Below are positions 8,768 through 21,775 of a stretch of 64,000 nt of DNA, piece after piece. Positions within the stretch are counted from its first letter, which is position 1; each line of letters starts with the position of its first letter. This DNA comes from an uncultured Gammaproteobacteria bacterium (GTDB lineage Bacteria > Patescibacteriota > Microgenomatia > Levybacterales > UBA12049), in assembly GCA_964416505.1 (NCBI GenBank), contig CAYQEJ010000001.1, positions 77,774 to 141,773 on the forward strand. The letters are read 5' to 3'. Both the position numbers and the translations under genes were made by a program. The notes below the pieces were generated by a model that had not been told where the DNA came from, did not search any database, and worked only from the letters and a program-made list of their open reading frames with translations.

Positions 8768-10201
8768 ATGCTAAATAAACTTACCATAAAGAAAGCACAA
8801 GAAGGACTTAAAAATAAAGATTTTTCCTCAGTTGAGCTCGTAAAAGCTTGTTTCGATCAAATTAAAAAGACGAACAATAAATTAAATGTTTTTATTACTC
8901 TTACTGAAGAAGAAGCACTGAAATCTGCAAAAGAAGCCGATAGTGAGATAGCCTCGCAAGGCCAGGCCTTGGAGGCTAGGCCTTTATTGGGAATCCCTAT
9001 TGCGCTAAAAGATATGTTTAATGCAAAAGGAATAAAAACTACTGCCGGATCAAATGTTCTAAGTGATTATTTTTCCTCATATGATTCCACAGTAGTAAAA
9101 AAGCTGAAAGACGCAGGTGCTGTTATAATCGGAAAAACCAATCAGGATGCCTGGGCTCATGGATCAAGCGGAGAAAATTCAGACTTCAAACCTACTAAGA
9201 ATCCATGGAATTTAGACTATGTACCAGGTGGCTCAAGTAGCGGATCAGCTGCTGCTGTTGCATCAAATATGTCTCTCGCTTCTACTGGAACAGATACAGG
9301 AGGCTCAATTAGGCTCCCTGCAAGCTTTACAAATACCGTAGGTTTAAAACCGACGTATGGAAGAGTCTCTAGGTATGGAATAGTAGCAATGGCATCATCT
9401 CATGATTCAATTGGACATTTTACAAAAACTGTCGAAGACTCAGCGATATTTCTTGAAGCTACTGCTGGCCATGATCCACATGACGCCACAACTTCATCAA
9501 AACAAGTTCCGAATTACACAAAATCTTTAAGCAAGGAAGTTAAAGGAATGAAAATAGGATTTCATTCAGATTTTTTTGACAAAGATATAGACAAAGAGAT
9601 TGGCGAAAATTATAAGGAAACTGTGGAAAAACTTAAAGAATTAGGCGCTGAAATGGTGGATTTGCCTTCCATTTATTCAAATAATTTTGTATCAGCATAT
9701 TACATAATTCAACCTGCAGAAGTATCCTCAAACCTTGCAAGATATGACGGAATTAGGTTTGGATTATCTAGACAGAATTTTGGAGAAGAAGCAAAAAGAA
9801 GAATAATGCTTGGGACTTACGTTCTTTCATCAGGATATTATGATCAATATTATAATAAGGCTTCAAAAATCCGATCCAAACTTATAAACGATTTAGGTAA
9901 AGAATATTTTGAAAAGGTTTCAGCTGTTGTTGTCCCGACTTCTCCCACTCCTCCATGGAAGCTCGGAGAAAAAACAGATGATCCTTTAAAGATGTATCTT
10001 TCAGATGTTTTCACTGTCATAGCAAATCTGGCAGGAATTCCTGGCCTCTCAGTCCCGACTGGATTTATGAAAAATAACTTACCAATTGGCATGCAAATCC
10101 TTGGTCCACAGTTCTCTGAAGAAACACTTTTCCAAATTGGATACAACCTTGAACAGGCAACACAAAATGAAGAATGGAGAAAAAAGGAGCCAGAGCTATG
10201 A
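8768..10201 (+). CDS. gatA: Asp/Glu-tRNA amidotransferase subunit A
   Basis: Amidase signature [46 protein letters not shown]. Confidence 0.97.
   Translation: MLNKLTIKKAQEGLKNKDFSSVELVKACFDQIKKTNNKLNVFITLTEEEALKSAKEADSEIASQGQALEARPLLGIPIALKDMFNAKGIKTTAGSNVLSDYFSSYDSTVVKKLKDAGAVIIGKTNQDAWAHGSSGENSDFKPTKNPWNLDYVPGGSSSGSAAAVASNMSLASTGTDTGGSIRLPASFTNTVGLKPTYGRVSRYGIVAMASSHDSIGHFTKTVEDSAIFLEATAGHDPHDATTSSKQVPNYTKSLSKEVKGMKIGFHSDFFDKDIDKEIGENYKETVEKLKELGAEMVDLPSIYSNNFVSAYYIIQPAEVSSNLARYDGIRFGLSRQNFGEEAKRRIMLGTYVLSSGYYDQYYNKASKIRSKLINDLGKEYFEKVSAVVVPTSPTPPWKLGEKTDDPLKMYLSDVFTVIANLAGIPGLSVPTGFMKNNLPIGMQILGPQFSEETLFQIGYNLEQATQNEEWRKKEPEL
8949..8980 (+). repeat. Palindromic element copy 2, in frame inside gatA, 1-nt deletion in right arm
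   Basis: TAGCCTCGCAAGGCC A GGCCTTG-GAGGCTA gg; encodes (I)[10 protein letters not shown]. Confidence 0.93.
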
Positions 10202-11517
10202 AATATACACCAGTTATCGGGCTTGAAGTACATGTTGAACTAAAAACAAAATCCAAAATGTTTTGCGGTTGTTCCGCTGATTACTTTGGACAAAAACCAA
10301 ACACCCACACATGTCCTGTATGTCTTGGTCTTCCAGGTGCGCTTCCTGTACCAAATAAAAAAGCCATAGAATGGTGCATTATGATTGGACTTGCGTTAGG
10401 TTGCGAGATCAACAAATTTTCTAAATTCGACAGAAAAAATTATTTTTACCCAGACTTATCAAAAGGTTACCAAATTTCCCAATATGATCTGCCTTTTGCC
10501 ATTAACGGCGAAATGAAGCTATCCAGTGGAAAAATAGTAAAAATCAGACGTGTTCACATGGAAGAAGATACAGGAAAACTTTCGCACGAAACAATAGATG
10601 GCGAAAAAGTTTCCCTGATTGACTTTAACAGATCTGGAGTTCCTTTAGTTGAGATAGTTACTGAACCTGACTTCGATAATCCTGAAGACGTAAAAGAATA
10701 CCTTCAGCGTCTTCAGCAAATAGTTAGATATTTAGAAGTTTCAGATGCAGACATGGAAAAAGGAAATATGAGGCTCGAGCCAAATATTTCCCTAAGGAAA
10801 GATGGACAAACTGATTTACCACCATATAAAGTTGAGGTTAAAAATATTAATTCTTTCAATTTTGTAGTTAAAGCTATCGAATCGGAAGTCAAAAGACAAT
10901 CTGAAATTCTAGATAAAGGAGAAATACCAGCACAAGAAACCAGAGGATATGTTGAAGCAACTTCTTCTACAGTCTCACAAAGATCTAAAGAGGACGCACA
11001 GGATTATAGATATTTCCCTGATCCTGATATTCCTCCAATTAGACTTAGCGATGAAAACATTGAAACATTAAAATGCGAAATGCCTGAACTACCGGATGAA
11101 AAAATAAAAAGATTTATGGAAGTTTATGCATTAAGTGAATATGATGCTCAAATCTTAACCAAAGACAAACTAACAGCTGAATTCTTCGACAAATCAGCAA
11201 ATTTGGCACAAGAACAAAACATGAAGAGAAAAGAATTAGCAAATTATATTATTAATAAAAAGCCAGATTTAAATAAAATTTCACCCGAAGAGCTTCTAAA
11301 GATAGTTAGCGCAGCAAATAAGATTTCTGATATTGATGAAGATAAATTGAATGAAATAATTGATAAAGTTTTAGGTGAAAATGCTAAAGCTGTTGAGGAC
11401 TTCAAATCAGGAAAAGAAACAGTTATAATGTTTTTAGTAGGCGCTGTAATGCGTCAGTTCCCTGAAAAAATAGACGCAGGGAAAGTCAAGGCGAGTTTAC
11501 TCGCGAAATTAAAATAA
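10198..11517 (+). CDS. gatB: Asp/Glu-tRNA amidotransferase subunit B
   Basis: [47 protein letters not shown] 10198 overlaps the gatA stop (ATGA). Confidence 0.97.
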   Translation: MKYTPVIGLEVHVELKTKSKMFCGCSADYFGQKPNTHTCPVCLGLPGALPVPNKKAIEWCIMIGLALGCEINKFSKFDRKNYFYPDLSKGYQISQYDLPFAINGEMKLSSGKIVKIRRVHMEEDTGKLSHETIDGEKVSLIDFNRSGVPLVEIVTEPDFDNPEDVKEYLQRLQQIVRYLEVSDADMEKGNMRLEPNISLRKDGQTDLPPYKVEVKNINSFNFVVKAIESEVKRQSEILDKGEIPAQETRGYVEATSSTVSQRSKEDAQDYRYFPDPDIPPIRLSDENIETLKCEMPELPDEKIKRFMEVYALSEYDAQILTKDKLTAEFFDKSANLAQEQNMKRKELANYIINKKPDLNKISPEELLKIVSAANKISDIDEDKLNEIIDKVLGENAKAVEDFKSGKETVIMFLVGAVMRQFPEKIDAGKVKASLLAKLK

Positions 11518-11518
11518 T

Positions 11519-12358
11519 ATGCCAGACGGATCACCTGCTCCAACAGAAACAAAACCACCACAGAGTGAAACACAACCTATAGATCCAGCCCCAAAAGCTG
11601 AAGTTCCCAGAGTTGTGACCCCATTGAGCCAGATGCCAGAAGGAACCACCATTCCAAAAAAAACAAAAGTTCAGAAAGCAAAGCTTCAAGAGTCAAGAGC
11701 AAAACTTGAGGAAGCACAAAGATTATCTATGTATGATCAAGTAACTGGTCTTCACAACAATCGTTGGTTTGAAGAAAGGGTAGGAAATGCTATAAAAGCC
11801 TCTGAGAGAAGCGGAAAAGGTTTTTATGTTATGTTTATGGATCTAGATAAATTTAAAGATTACAATTCAAGATATGCCCATGCTGGCGGAGACAAAATCT
11901 TAAGACTTTTAAGAAGCATAAGAACAAGACCAGGAGAAGATATCGCTAGATATGGAGGAGATGAATTCGCTCAGGTTTTAAACGACGATATTTCACTAGA
12001 AGAAGCTGTAAAGGTGTCGTTAAGAAATTCAAATACTGTGGAAAGTGAAAGTAGAAATGTTATCCCCCAGATGGCAATTGTAAACGCTGATACAGCCCCT
12101 ATAGATCACGTAACCATGTCTTTAGGATTATTGGAATGTAATAGTCAAATGACATATGAACAAATCAAAGAAAGAGCCAGCGCTACAATGCTTGCAGGAA
12201 AAAACAGTGGTAGAGATTTAATTACAGTTTCAACATTGGATGGGAAAACAAAGATGTTCACAAGGGATGGAAAGGAATATATTCCGCCTGAACAACGAGG
12301 AAAACTTTATAGATTAATCGCCCCAGTTCAAAGATTATTAGGAAGAAAGGCAGCATAA
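11519..12358 (+). CDS. GGDEF-domain protein (putative diguanylate cyclase)
   Basis: DQVTGLHN, DLDKFKDYN..Y.HAGGD, RYGGDEF, TMSLG, K..GR; Pro-rich N-terminus and no sensor domain. Confidence 0.88.
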   Translation: MPDGSPAPTETKPPQSETQPIDPAPKAEVPRVVTPLSQMPEGTTIPKKTKVQKAKLQESRAKLEEAQRLSMYDQVTGLHNNRWFEERVGNAIKASERSGKGFYVMFMDLDKFKDYNSRYAHAGGDKILRLLRSIRTRPGEDIARYGGDEFAQVLNDDISLEEAVKVSLRNSNTVESESRNVIPQMAIVNADTAPIDHVTMSLGLLECNSQMTYEQIKERASATMLAGKNSGRDLITVSTLDGKTKMFTRDGKEYIPPEQRGKLYRLIAPVQRLLGRKAA

Positions 12359-15300
12359 TGGCAGATTTCGTACACCTTCACAATCATTCTGAATATTCTC
12401 TTTTAGATGGCCTCTCAAAAAACGTAGAAATGGTAGCTCAAGCAAAGAGCTTAGGAATGAAAGCTCTAGCGATAACTGATCACGGGAATTTATATGGAGC
12501 TATAAAGTTTTATAAGGCATGCAAGGAAGCAGGAATAAAACCAATAATAGGCTGCGAAATATATATGGCCAAGCGCACAAGACACGACAAAGAAGCTGGT
12601 AAGGATTCTGATTCAAATCATTTAATTTTGCTTGCTAAAAATGACACTGGCTACAAGAATCTTATGAAAATCATATCAGTTGCTCATTTAGAAGGATATT
12701 ATTACAAACCTCGCGCAGATATTGATCTACTTAGAGAAAATAGCGAGGGTTTGATTTGTCTAAGCGCATGCGTAAATGGATATATTTCTGAGCCCCTACT
12801 CAACAATCAGAATGAAACAGCGGAAAAAAGAGCCATGGAGCTTTCAGAAATATTCGGAAAAGATGGCTTCTATCTTGAGATTCAGAAACATTTAAATGTA
12901 AAAGATCAAGACGAATTAAATCCAAAACTCATCGAACTTTCACAAAAATTAGGTATCCCCCTTGTTGCTACAAATGACAATCACTATGTAAAAAACGGCG
13001 ATGCAGAAGCTCAAGAAGTTTTACTATGTATACAAACACAATCTACTCTAACTACTCCAAATAGAAAACTTTCAATGATTGACTCTCCTGATTTTTACAT
13101 GAAGTCACCAGAAGAAATGACAGGTCTTTTTATACAAACTCCTGAAGCAGTGGAAAACAGTGTAAAAATTGCAGAAATGTGCGATTTAGAAATTCAGCTT
13201 GGAAAATGGATCATGCCTATTTTTGATGTGCCCGATAAATCCTCTTCTGGAGATTATCTTACAAAATTGGTTTATGAAGGTTTGGAAAGAAGATATGGAA
13301 AAATAACTGATGAAATCAAACAAAGAGCAGATTATGAACTTTCTATTATTCTAAAAAAGAAATATGAAACATACTTTCTCATCGTTGCCGATTTTGTAAA
13401 TTGGGCAAAATCTCATGGTATTAGCGTTGGTCCTGGAAGAGGGTCAGCTGCTGGCTCCGTGGTTTCATTTGCTCTAAGCATAACCGATATTGACCCTTTC
13501 TTCTTTAATCTTCCTTTCGAAAGATTTTTAAACCCTGATAGACCATCTGCTCCTGATATAGATCTTGATTTTGCAGATACTAGACGAGACGAAGTAATTG
13601 AATATGTGACTCAAAAATATGGAAAAGATAAAGTTGCACAAATCATCACTTTTGGAACAATGGAAGCAAGAGGTTCAGTTAGAGATACAGGAAGAGTTAT
13701 GGGTCTTCCATATTCCGCTCCTGATAGAATCTCAAAAATGATTCCACCTGGCTGGCAGGGACACGCTATGACCTTGGATAACGCACTTGAGCAAAGCCCT
13801 GAGCTAAAAATGGCATATACTACAGAAGCCGAGACCAAAAGACTCTTGGATTTAGCCAAAAGAGTTGAAGGCGTAGCCAGACATGCTTCAGTTCATGCTG
13901 CAGGAGTAGTTATAGCTGACAAACCGATCACGCAATATACTCCCCTTCAAAAAGAAAGTAATGGAGACAAAATTATTACTCAGTATGATATGTATACTGT
14001 TGGTGAAGACGGAGTTGGACTTTTAAAAATGGACTTCTTGGGTCTTAGAAATCTGACAATTATCGAAGAGACTCTAAATTTTATAAAAACCAATAGAAAT
14101 GTAGAGATAGATCTTTCAACTCTTCCAGTAGATGATAAAAAAACTTATGATCTTTTATCCGATGCAGAAACCACAGGAATATTTCAACTTGAATCCGCAG
14201 GCATGAGAAGGTATATAAAAGATCTAAAACCTACTTCAATTTTTGATCTTATGGCAATGGTTGCTTTATATCGACCAGGTCCAATGGCCAATATTCCCGA
14301 ATTCATTGAAAGGAAAAGAGACTCATCAAAAATCTCCCTTCCCGACCCAAGACTAAAAGATGCATTAGCACAATCCTATGGAATGCTTGTGTATCAAGAT
14401 GATGTTTTGCTCACAACAATTGCTATAGCTGGATATACCTGGCTAGATGCTGATAAATTCCGCAAGGCGATGGGTAAAAAAATTCCGGCAGAAATGAAAA
14501 AACAAAAAGAACAATTTATCAAAGGCTCGATCGCCAACGGCTTACCCAAGAAAAAAGCAGAAGATATTTATAATCTGATTGCTCCATTTGCAGGATATGG
14601 ATTTAATAAAGCTCATGCAGCGTGCTACGCGACAATTGCATATAGAACTGGGTATCTAAAGGCTAACTACCCAGTTGAGTTCATGACTGCTCTTCTAACA
14701 GCAGAGTCTCGCGGTACAACTGGCCCAGTTAAAAATGAGAAAATTGCACAAGCTATTGCAGAATGTAAAAGATTAAAACTTGTTGTTCTTCCACCAGACA
14801 TAAATAAATCTGGAAAAGATTTTACGATTGAGGAAGGAGAAAAAATCAGATTCGGTCTTTCAGCTATAAAAAATGTCGGTGAAGCAGCCATCAAGAATAT
14901 AATCGAAAACAGAAATAAAGGCGAATTCAAAAGCTTTGAAGATTTTTGCAGACGCGTAGATCTTTCAACTATAAATAAAAAAACTATCGAAAGTCTTATA
15001 AAGGCAGGAGGAATGGATATTTTTGGGAATAGAGCACATCTTCTTTCAATTTATGCAAACATAGTTGAAAATATTCATAAATCAAAAAAAAGCACACTTG
15101 AAGGACAAACAAGCTTATTTGGAGAAGCAGAACCCGAAAAAGAAATTCAAAAAATGACTTCTACTGTAGAAGATTTTTCTTCTCATGAAAAATTGGCGTT
15201 TGAAAAAGAATTTCTGGGCTTTTATTTAACATCTCATCCGCAAATGAACAATTTACTGGCACTCCGATCTATAGTTAGCCACGATATTGCAGTTCTAGAA

Positions 15301-15579
15301 GAAGAAAAAGAAGGTAAATTTGTAACTGTGGGAGGAATCATTGAAACTATGAGAAAAATATTCACTAAAAAAACCGGTGCTGAGATGGCTTTTATAACTA
15401 TAGCGGATGAAAAAGGTGTGACAATCGAAATTGTAGTCTTCCCAAAAATTTATGAACGCTCTAAATCACTTCTGGCAACAGACGGACTTGTTATAGTTGA
15501 GGGGAAAATTGATACCAAAAATGATCGCCCAGTAATCCTAGCTGAAAAAATCTCAACCCTAAAGTATTCACCATCTTGA
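12358..15579 (+). CDS. dnaE: DNA polymerase III alpha subunit
   Basis: FVHLHNHSEYSLLDG, GPGRGSAAGS, PDIDLDF, KMDFLGLRNL, FNKAHA, C-terminal OB fold. No intein evident. Confidence 0.98.
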   Translation: MADFVHLHNHSEYSLLDGLSKNVEMVAQAKSLGMKALAITDHGNLYGAIKFYKACKEAGIKPIIGCEIYMAKRTRHDKEAGKDSDSNHLILLAKNDTGYKNLMKIISVAHLEGYYYKPRADIDLLRENSEGLICLSACVNGYISEPLLNNQNETAEKRAMELSEIFGKDGFYLEIQKHLNVKDQDELNPKLIELSQKLGIPLVATNDNHYVKNGDAEAQEVLLCIQTQSTLTTPNRKLSMIDSPDFYMKSPEEMTGLFIQTPEAVENSVKIAEMCDLEIQLGKWIMPIFDVPDKSSSGDYLTKLVYEGLERRYGKITDEIKQRADYELSIILKKKYETYFLIVADFVNWAKSHGISVGPGRGSAAGSVVSFALSITDIDPFFFNLPFERFLNPDRPSAPDIDLDFADTRRDEVIEYVTQKYGKDKVAQIITFGTMEARGSVRDTGRVMGLPYSAPDRISKMIPPGWQGHAMTLDNALEQSPELKMAYTTEAETKRLLDLAKRVEGVARHASVHAAGVVIADKPITQYTPLQKESNGDKIITQYDMYTVGEDGVGLLKMDFLGLRNLTIIEETLNFIKTNRNVEIDLSTLPVDDKKTYDLLSDAETTGIFQLESAGMRRYIKDLKPTSIFDLMAMVALYRPGPMANIPEFIERKRDSSKISLPDPRLKDALAQSYGMLVYQDDVLLTTIAIAGYTWLDADKFRKAMGKKIPAEMKKQKEQFIKGSIANGLPKKKAEDIYNLIAPFAGYGFNKAHAACYATIAYRTGYLKANYPVEFMTALLTAESRGTTGPVKNEKIAQAIAECKRLKLVVLPPDINKSGKDFTIEEGEKIRFGLSAIKNVGEAAIKNIIENRNKGEFKSFEDFCRRVDLSTINKKTIESLIKAGGMDIFGNRAHLLSIYANIVENIHKSKKSTLEGQTSLFGEAEPEKEIQKMTSTVEDFSSHEKLAFEKEFLGFYLTSHPQMNNLLALRSIVSHDIAVLEEEKEGKFVTVGGIIETMRKIFTKKTGAEMAFITIADEKGVTIEIVVFPKIYERSKSLLATDGLVIVEGKIDTKNDRPVILAEKISTLKYSPS

Positions 15580-15605
15580 CGCGAGGCTAGGAAGCAATGT
15601 AAAAT
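15576..15605 (+). promoter_or_regulatory. Putative atp operon promoter; spacer contains a relic of the palindrome right arm
   Basis: TTGACG(15576-81)-18 nt-TAAAAT(15600-05). GCGAGGCTAGG at 15581-15591 matches the repeat right end. Confidence 0.5.
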
Positions 15606-15618
15606 GTAAGAGATTTAA

Positions 15619-16670
<1,052 letters not shown>

Positions 16671-16682
16671 GTTTAAAGCATT

Positions 16683-17186
16683 ATGGAATTATTAAAAGAT
16701 TTTGGGTTTGATCCCATTCTTTTAACAGCGCAGATTATTAATTTTTTAATAGTCTTAGTTGTTCTAAAGAAATTCATGTATAAGCCAGTTCTTGATATGC
16801 TTAAAAAGCGCGAGAACGAAATCAAAAAGGGTTTAAAGGATTCAGAAGAATCTCAAAAACTTCTAGTTGATGCTGAGGAAAAAGAGAAGAAAATTCTTCA
16901 GAAGGCTAGAAATGAAGCTGATCAAATGATAGCAGCTGCGAAAAAAGAAGCTGATGACTTAAAAAATGACACTCTAGAAAAGACAAGATTAGAGGCAGAG
17001 AAAATTCTAGAACAAGCAAGATCTACTATTGCCCAGGAAACAAAAATAGCTGAAGATAATCTTACAAAGAAAATAGGTCAAATTGCTGTAGCTCTTCTTG
17101 AAAAATCATTAGTTGGGTTATTTGGGGAAAAAGAACAAAAAGAAATAATGAAAAAGGCAACAGCTCAAATTCAAAGAAAAAGCTAA
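16683..17186 (+). CDS. atpF: ATP synthase F0 subunit b
   Basis: QIINFLIVLVVLKKFMYKP..R followed by a coiled coil; operon position. Confidence 0.94.
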   Translation: MELLKDFGFDPILLTAQIINFLIVLVVLKKFMYKPVLDMLKKRENEIKKGLKDSEESQKLLVDAEEKEKKILQKARNEADQMIAAAKKEADDLKNDTLEKTRLEAEKILEQARSTIAQETKIAEDNLTKKIGQIAVALLEKSLVGLFGEKEQKEIMKKATAQIQRKS

Positions 17187-17187
17187 T

Positions 17188-17541
17188 ATGAAAAAAGTTT
17201 TAATTAAAAAATTAGCAGATGAAAGTTTTAATAAAAATAACTTGGATGAAAAAAAAGTAGCAAGAATAGCGAAGGCATTGAAAAGAGAGGACCTAAAAGT
17301 GTATATTAAAGACCTAAAAAACATAGAAGCGAAAAATACTGTAAAAGTAACTATTCCTGCATCACGCGGAATATCAGAAATGAAAGCTTACTTTTCAAAG
17401 ATTTATCCAAATAAAAAGATAGTTGTCCAGGTAGATGATTCGCTTTTGACAGGAATAAAGGTAGTGGACTATGACAATGTTTATGAATTATCATTAAAAG
17501 GACTTTTGGAAAGCGCAATAAAAGGATATACAAATGATTGA
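17188..17541 (+). CDS. atpH: ATP synthase delta subunit (short form)
   Basis: Between atpF and atpA; C-terminal VDDSLLTGIKV..D..YELSLKG resembles the delta/OSCP C-domain. Confidence 0.8.
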   Translation: MKKVLIKKLADESFNKNNLDEKKVARIAKALKREDLKVYIKDLKNIEAKNTVKVTIPASRGISEMKAYFSKIYPNKKIVVQVDDSLLTGIKVVDYDNVYELSLKGLLESAIKGYTND

Positions 17542-19060
17542 CGAAAAAAATATTATTGATTCATTAGAAAAAAACTTAATGACTTGGGGAAAAGATCCCA
17601 AGACTCATAACGTAGGGATTGTAGAAAAAAATACTGATGGAGTTATTGTCGCATCTGGACTATCTCAAGCAACTATGGGAGAGATGGTTAAGTTTGAAAA
17701 CGGAGTCTCTGGAGTAGTTCTAAATCTGGATGAAGATTATGTCTCTATAATTCTCTTAGGAGATGGAAGCGAGATCAAAGAAGGAGACAGAGTCAGAAGA
17801 ACCGAAGAAATGCTTTCCATTAATGCATCTGAAGACTTACTAGGCCGCGTTATCAATCCAATAGGAGATCCACTCGATGGAAAGCCAGCCATCAAAAAAG
17901 GGAAACTTATGCCTCTAGAGCATATCGCTCCAGGAGTAGTTGAAAGAGAAAAAGTTAATACTCCACTCAAGACTGGAATTAAAGCAATTGATGCTATGTT
18001 CCCAATTGGAAGAGGACAACGTCAACTTATTATTGGAGACAGAGGTCTTGGAAAAACTGCAATTGCAATTGACACAATAATCAATCAAAAAGAATTTAGA
18101 AAAAAAGATTCAAAGCTTAAGCCAGTGATTTGTATTTACGTAGCAATAGGGCAAAAACGTTCAACAATTGCTCAAATCATAGGAAAACTTCAAGAAACTG
18201 AAGCAATTGAATATTCAATTGTGGTTGCTGCATCTTCATCTGATCCAGCAGCACAACAATATCTTGCTCCTTATGCAGGCGCTGCAATCTCAGAATATTT
18301 CTTAGAAAAAGGACAAGATGTTTTGATTGTTTATGATGATCTTACTAAGCATGCGTGGGCATATAGACAAATATCATTGGTTCTTAAGCGCCCAGCTGGT
18401 CGCGAAGCTTATCCAGGAGACGTTTTCTATCTTCACTCTCGCCTACTTGAAAGAGCAGTGAGACTAAACGCTGAAAATGGCGGAGGAAGCGTAACAGCTC
18501 TTCCAGTAATCGAAACACAAGCAAATGATATCTCAGCATATATTCCAACAAATGTTATCTCAATTACTGATGGACAAATATTTTTACAATCTGATTTATT
18601 CAATTCTGGATTCAGACCAGCTATTAATACAGGAACGTCAGTTTCCCGTGTGGGAGGAGATGCACAAACAGGAGCAATGAAATCAGTCGCAGGAAAAATG
18701 AAACTTGAGCTTGCACAATTCGCAGAACTCGCAGCATTCTCTCAATTCGGTTCTGAACTTGATGCTGCGACTGCTCAGGCTTTAGAAAGAGGTAAAAGAA
18801 CCCAGGAAATGCTTAAACAAGGACAATACCAACCATTGAATGAAACATTTGAAATTTTAAGCATATGGTCTGTTACAAATGGATATCTAGACAATGTTCC
18901 ATTAACAGATGTGGGTAGATTTGAAAGAGAACTTCATGCTTTTGTTAAAAGAAGCAATCCAAAACTTCTTACACTTCTAGCAAGTGGAGAAAAAGTAAAA
19001 GAAGAAGCAACAAAAGAACTCGAAAAAACATTAAAAGATTTCAAGAAAGTTTTCAAATAA
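17534..19060 (+). CDS. atpA: ATP synthase F1 alpha subunit
   Basis: PIGRGQRQLIIGDRGLGKT, GREAYPGDVFYLHSRLLER, PTNVISITDGQ. Confidence 0.98.
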   Translation: MIDEKNIIDSLEKNLMTWGKDPKTHNVGIVEKNTDGVIVASGLSQATMGEMVKFENGVSGVVLNLDEDYVSIILLGDGSEIKEGDRVRRTEEMLSINASEDLLGRVINPIGDPLDGKPAIKKGKLMPLEHIAPGVVEREKVNTPLKTGIKAIDAMFPIGRGQRQLIIGDRGLGKTAIAIDTIINQKEFRKKDSKLKPVICIYVAIGQKRSTIAQIIGKLQETEAIEYSIVVAASSSDPAAQQYLAPYAGAAISEYFLEKGQDVLIVYDDLTKHAWAYRQISLVLKRPAGREAYPGDVFYLHSRLLERAVRLNAENGGGSVTALPVIETQANDISAYIPTNVISITDGQIFLQSDLFNSGFRPAINTGTSVSRVGGDAQTGAMKSVAGKMKLELAQFAELAAFSQFGSELDAATAQALERGKRTQEMLKQGQYQPLNETFEILSIWSVTNGYLDNVPLTDVGRFERELHAFVKRSNPKLLTLLASGEKVKEEATKELEKTLKDFKKVFK

Positions 19061-21305
<2,245 letters not shown>

Positions 21306-21309
21306 ACTT

Positions 21310-21723
21310 ATGAAACTCACAGTTGATGTCCTTACTCCCCAAGCACAGATTTATACTGGCGAAGCAGATGAAATATTAGTTCCTACCGTAAATGGACAAT
21401 TAGGAATTCTCCCAAATCACGTTTCCCTTTTTACAAAAATCGAACCTGGGGAGCTTGAAATCAAAAACTCGGGAAAATCTCACTACGTTGCTATCATGGG
21501 AGGATATCTTGAAGTGAATAAAAATAAAGTAAATGTACTTGGAGACTATGCGGTTAGAGCTGAAGATATAGAAATTGCAAAGGTAGAACAAGCCAAAGCT
21601 AAAGCTGAAAAGATGAAACAGGAAAAAATATCTATTGAAGATCTTACCAGTATCGAAGCTGATCTTCGCAGATCAATTTTACAATTGAAAGTTGCTAATC
21701 GCCGCAGATCTTCCAGAAGTTAA
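21310..21723 (+). CDS. atpC: ATP synthase F1 epsilon subunit
   Basis: VLTP, GQLGILPNH, GGYLEV; last gene of the operon. Confidence 0.96.
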   Translation: MKLTVDVLTPQAQIYTGEADEILVPTVNGQLGILPNHVSLFTKIEPGELEIKNSGKSHYVAIMGGYLEVNKNKVNVLGDYAVRAEDIEIAKVEQAKAKAEKMKQEKISIEDLTSIEADLRRSILQLKVANRRRSSRS

Positions 21724-21724
21724 T

Positions 21725-21756
21725 CCTATAACTTTAGCCTCCCAAGGCCAGGCCTT
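21725..21756 (+). repeat. Palindromic element copy 3, right-truncated, just after atpC; may act as a terminator
   Basis: cctataactt TAGCCTCCCAAGGCC A GGCCTT ttct, between the convergent atpC and 548-aa ORF. Confidence 0.88.
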
Positions 21757-21775
21757 TTCTGACTCTTTCAATAAA

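Noticed and set aside
12358-15579. Intein or intron in dnaE
   Set aside because: Length and motif spacing are normal; no splicing or homing-endonuclease motifs seen.
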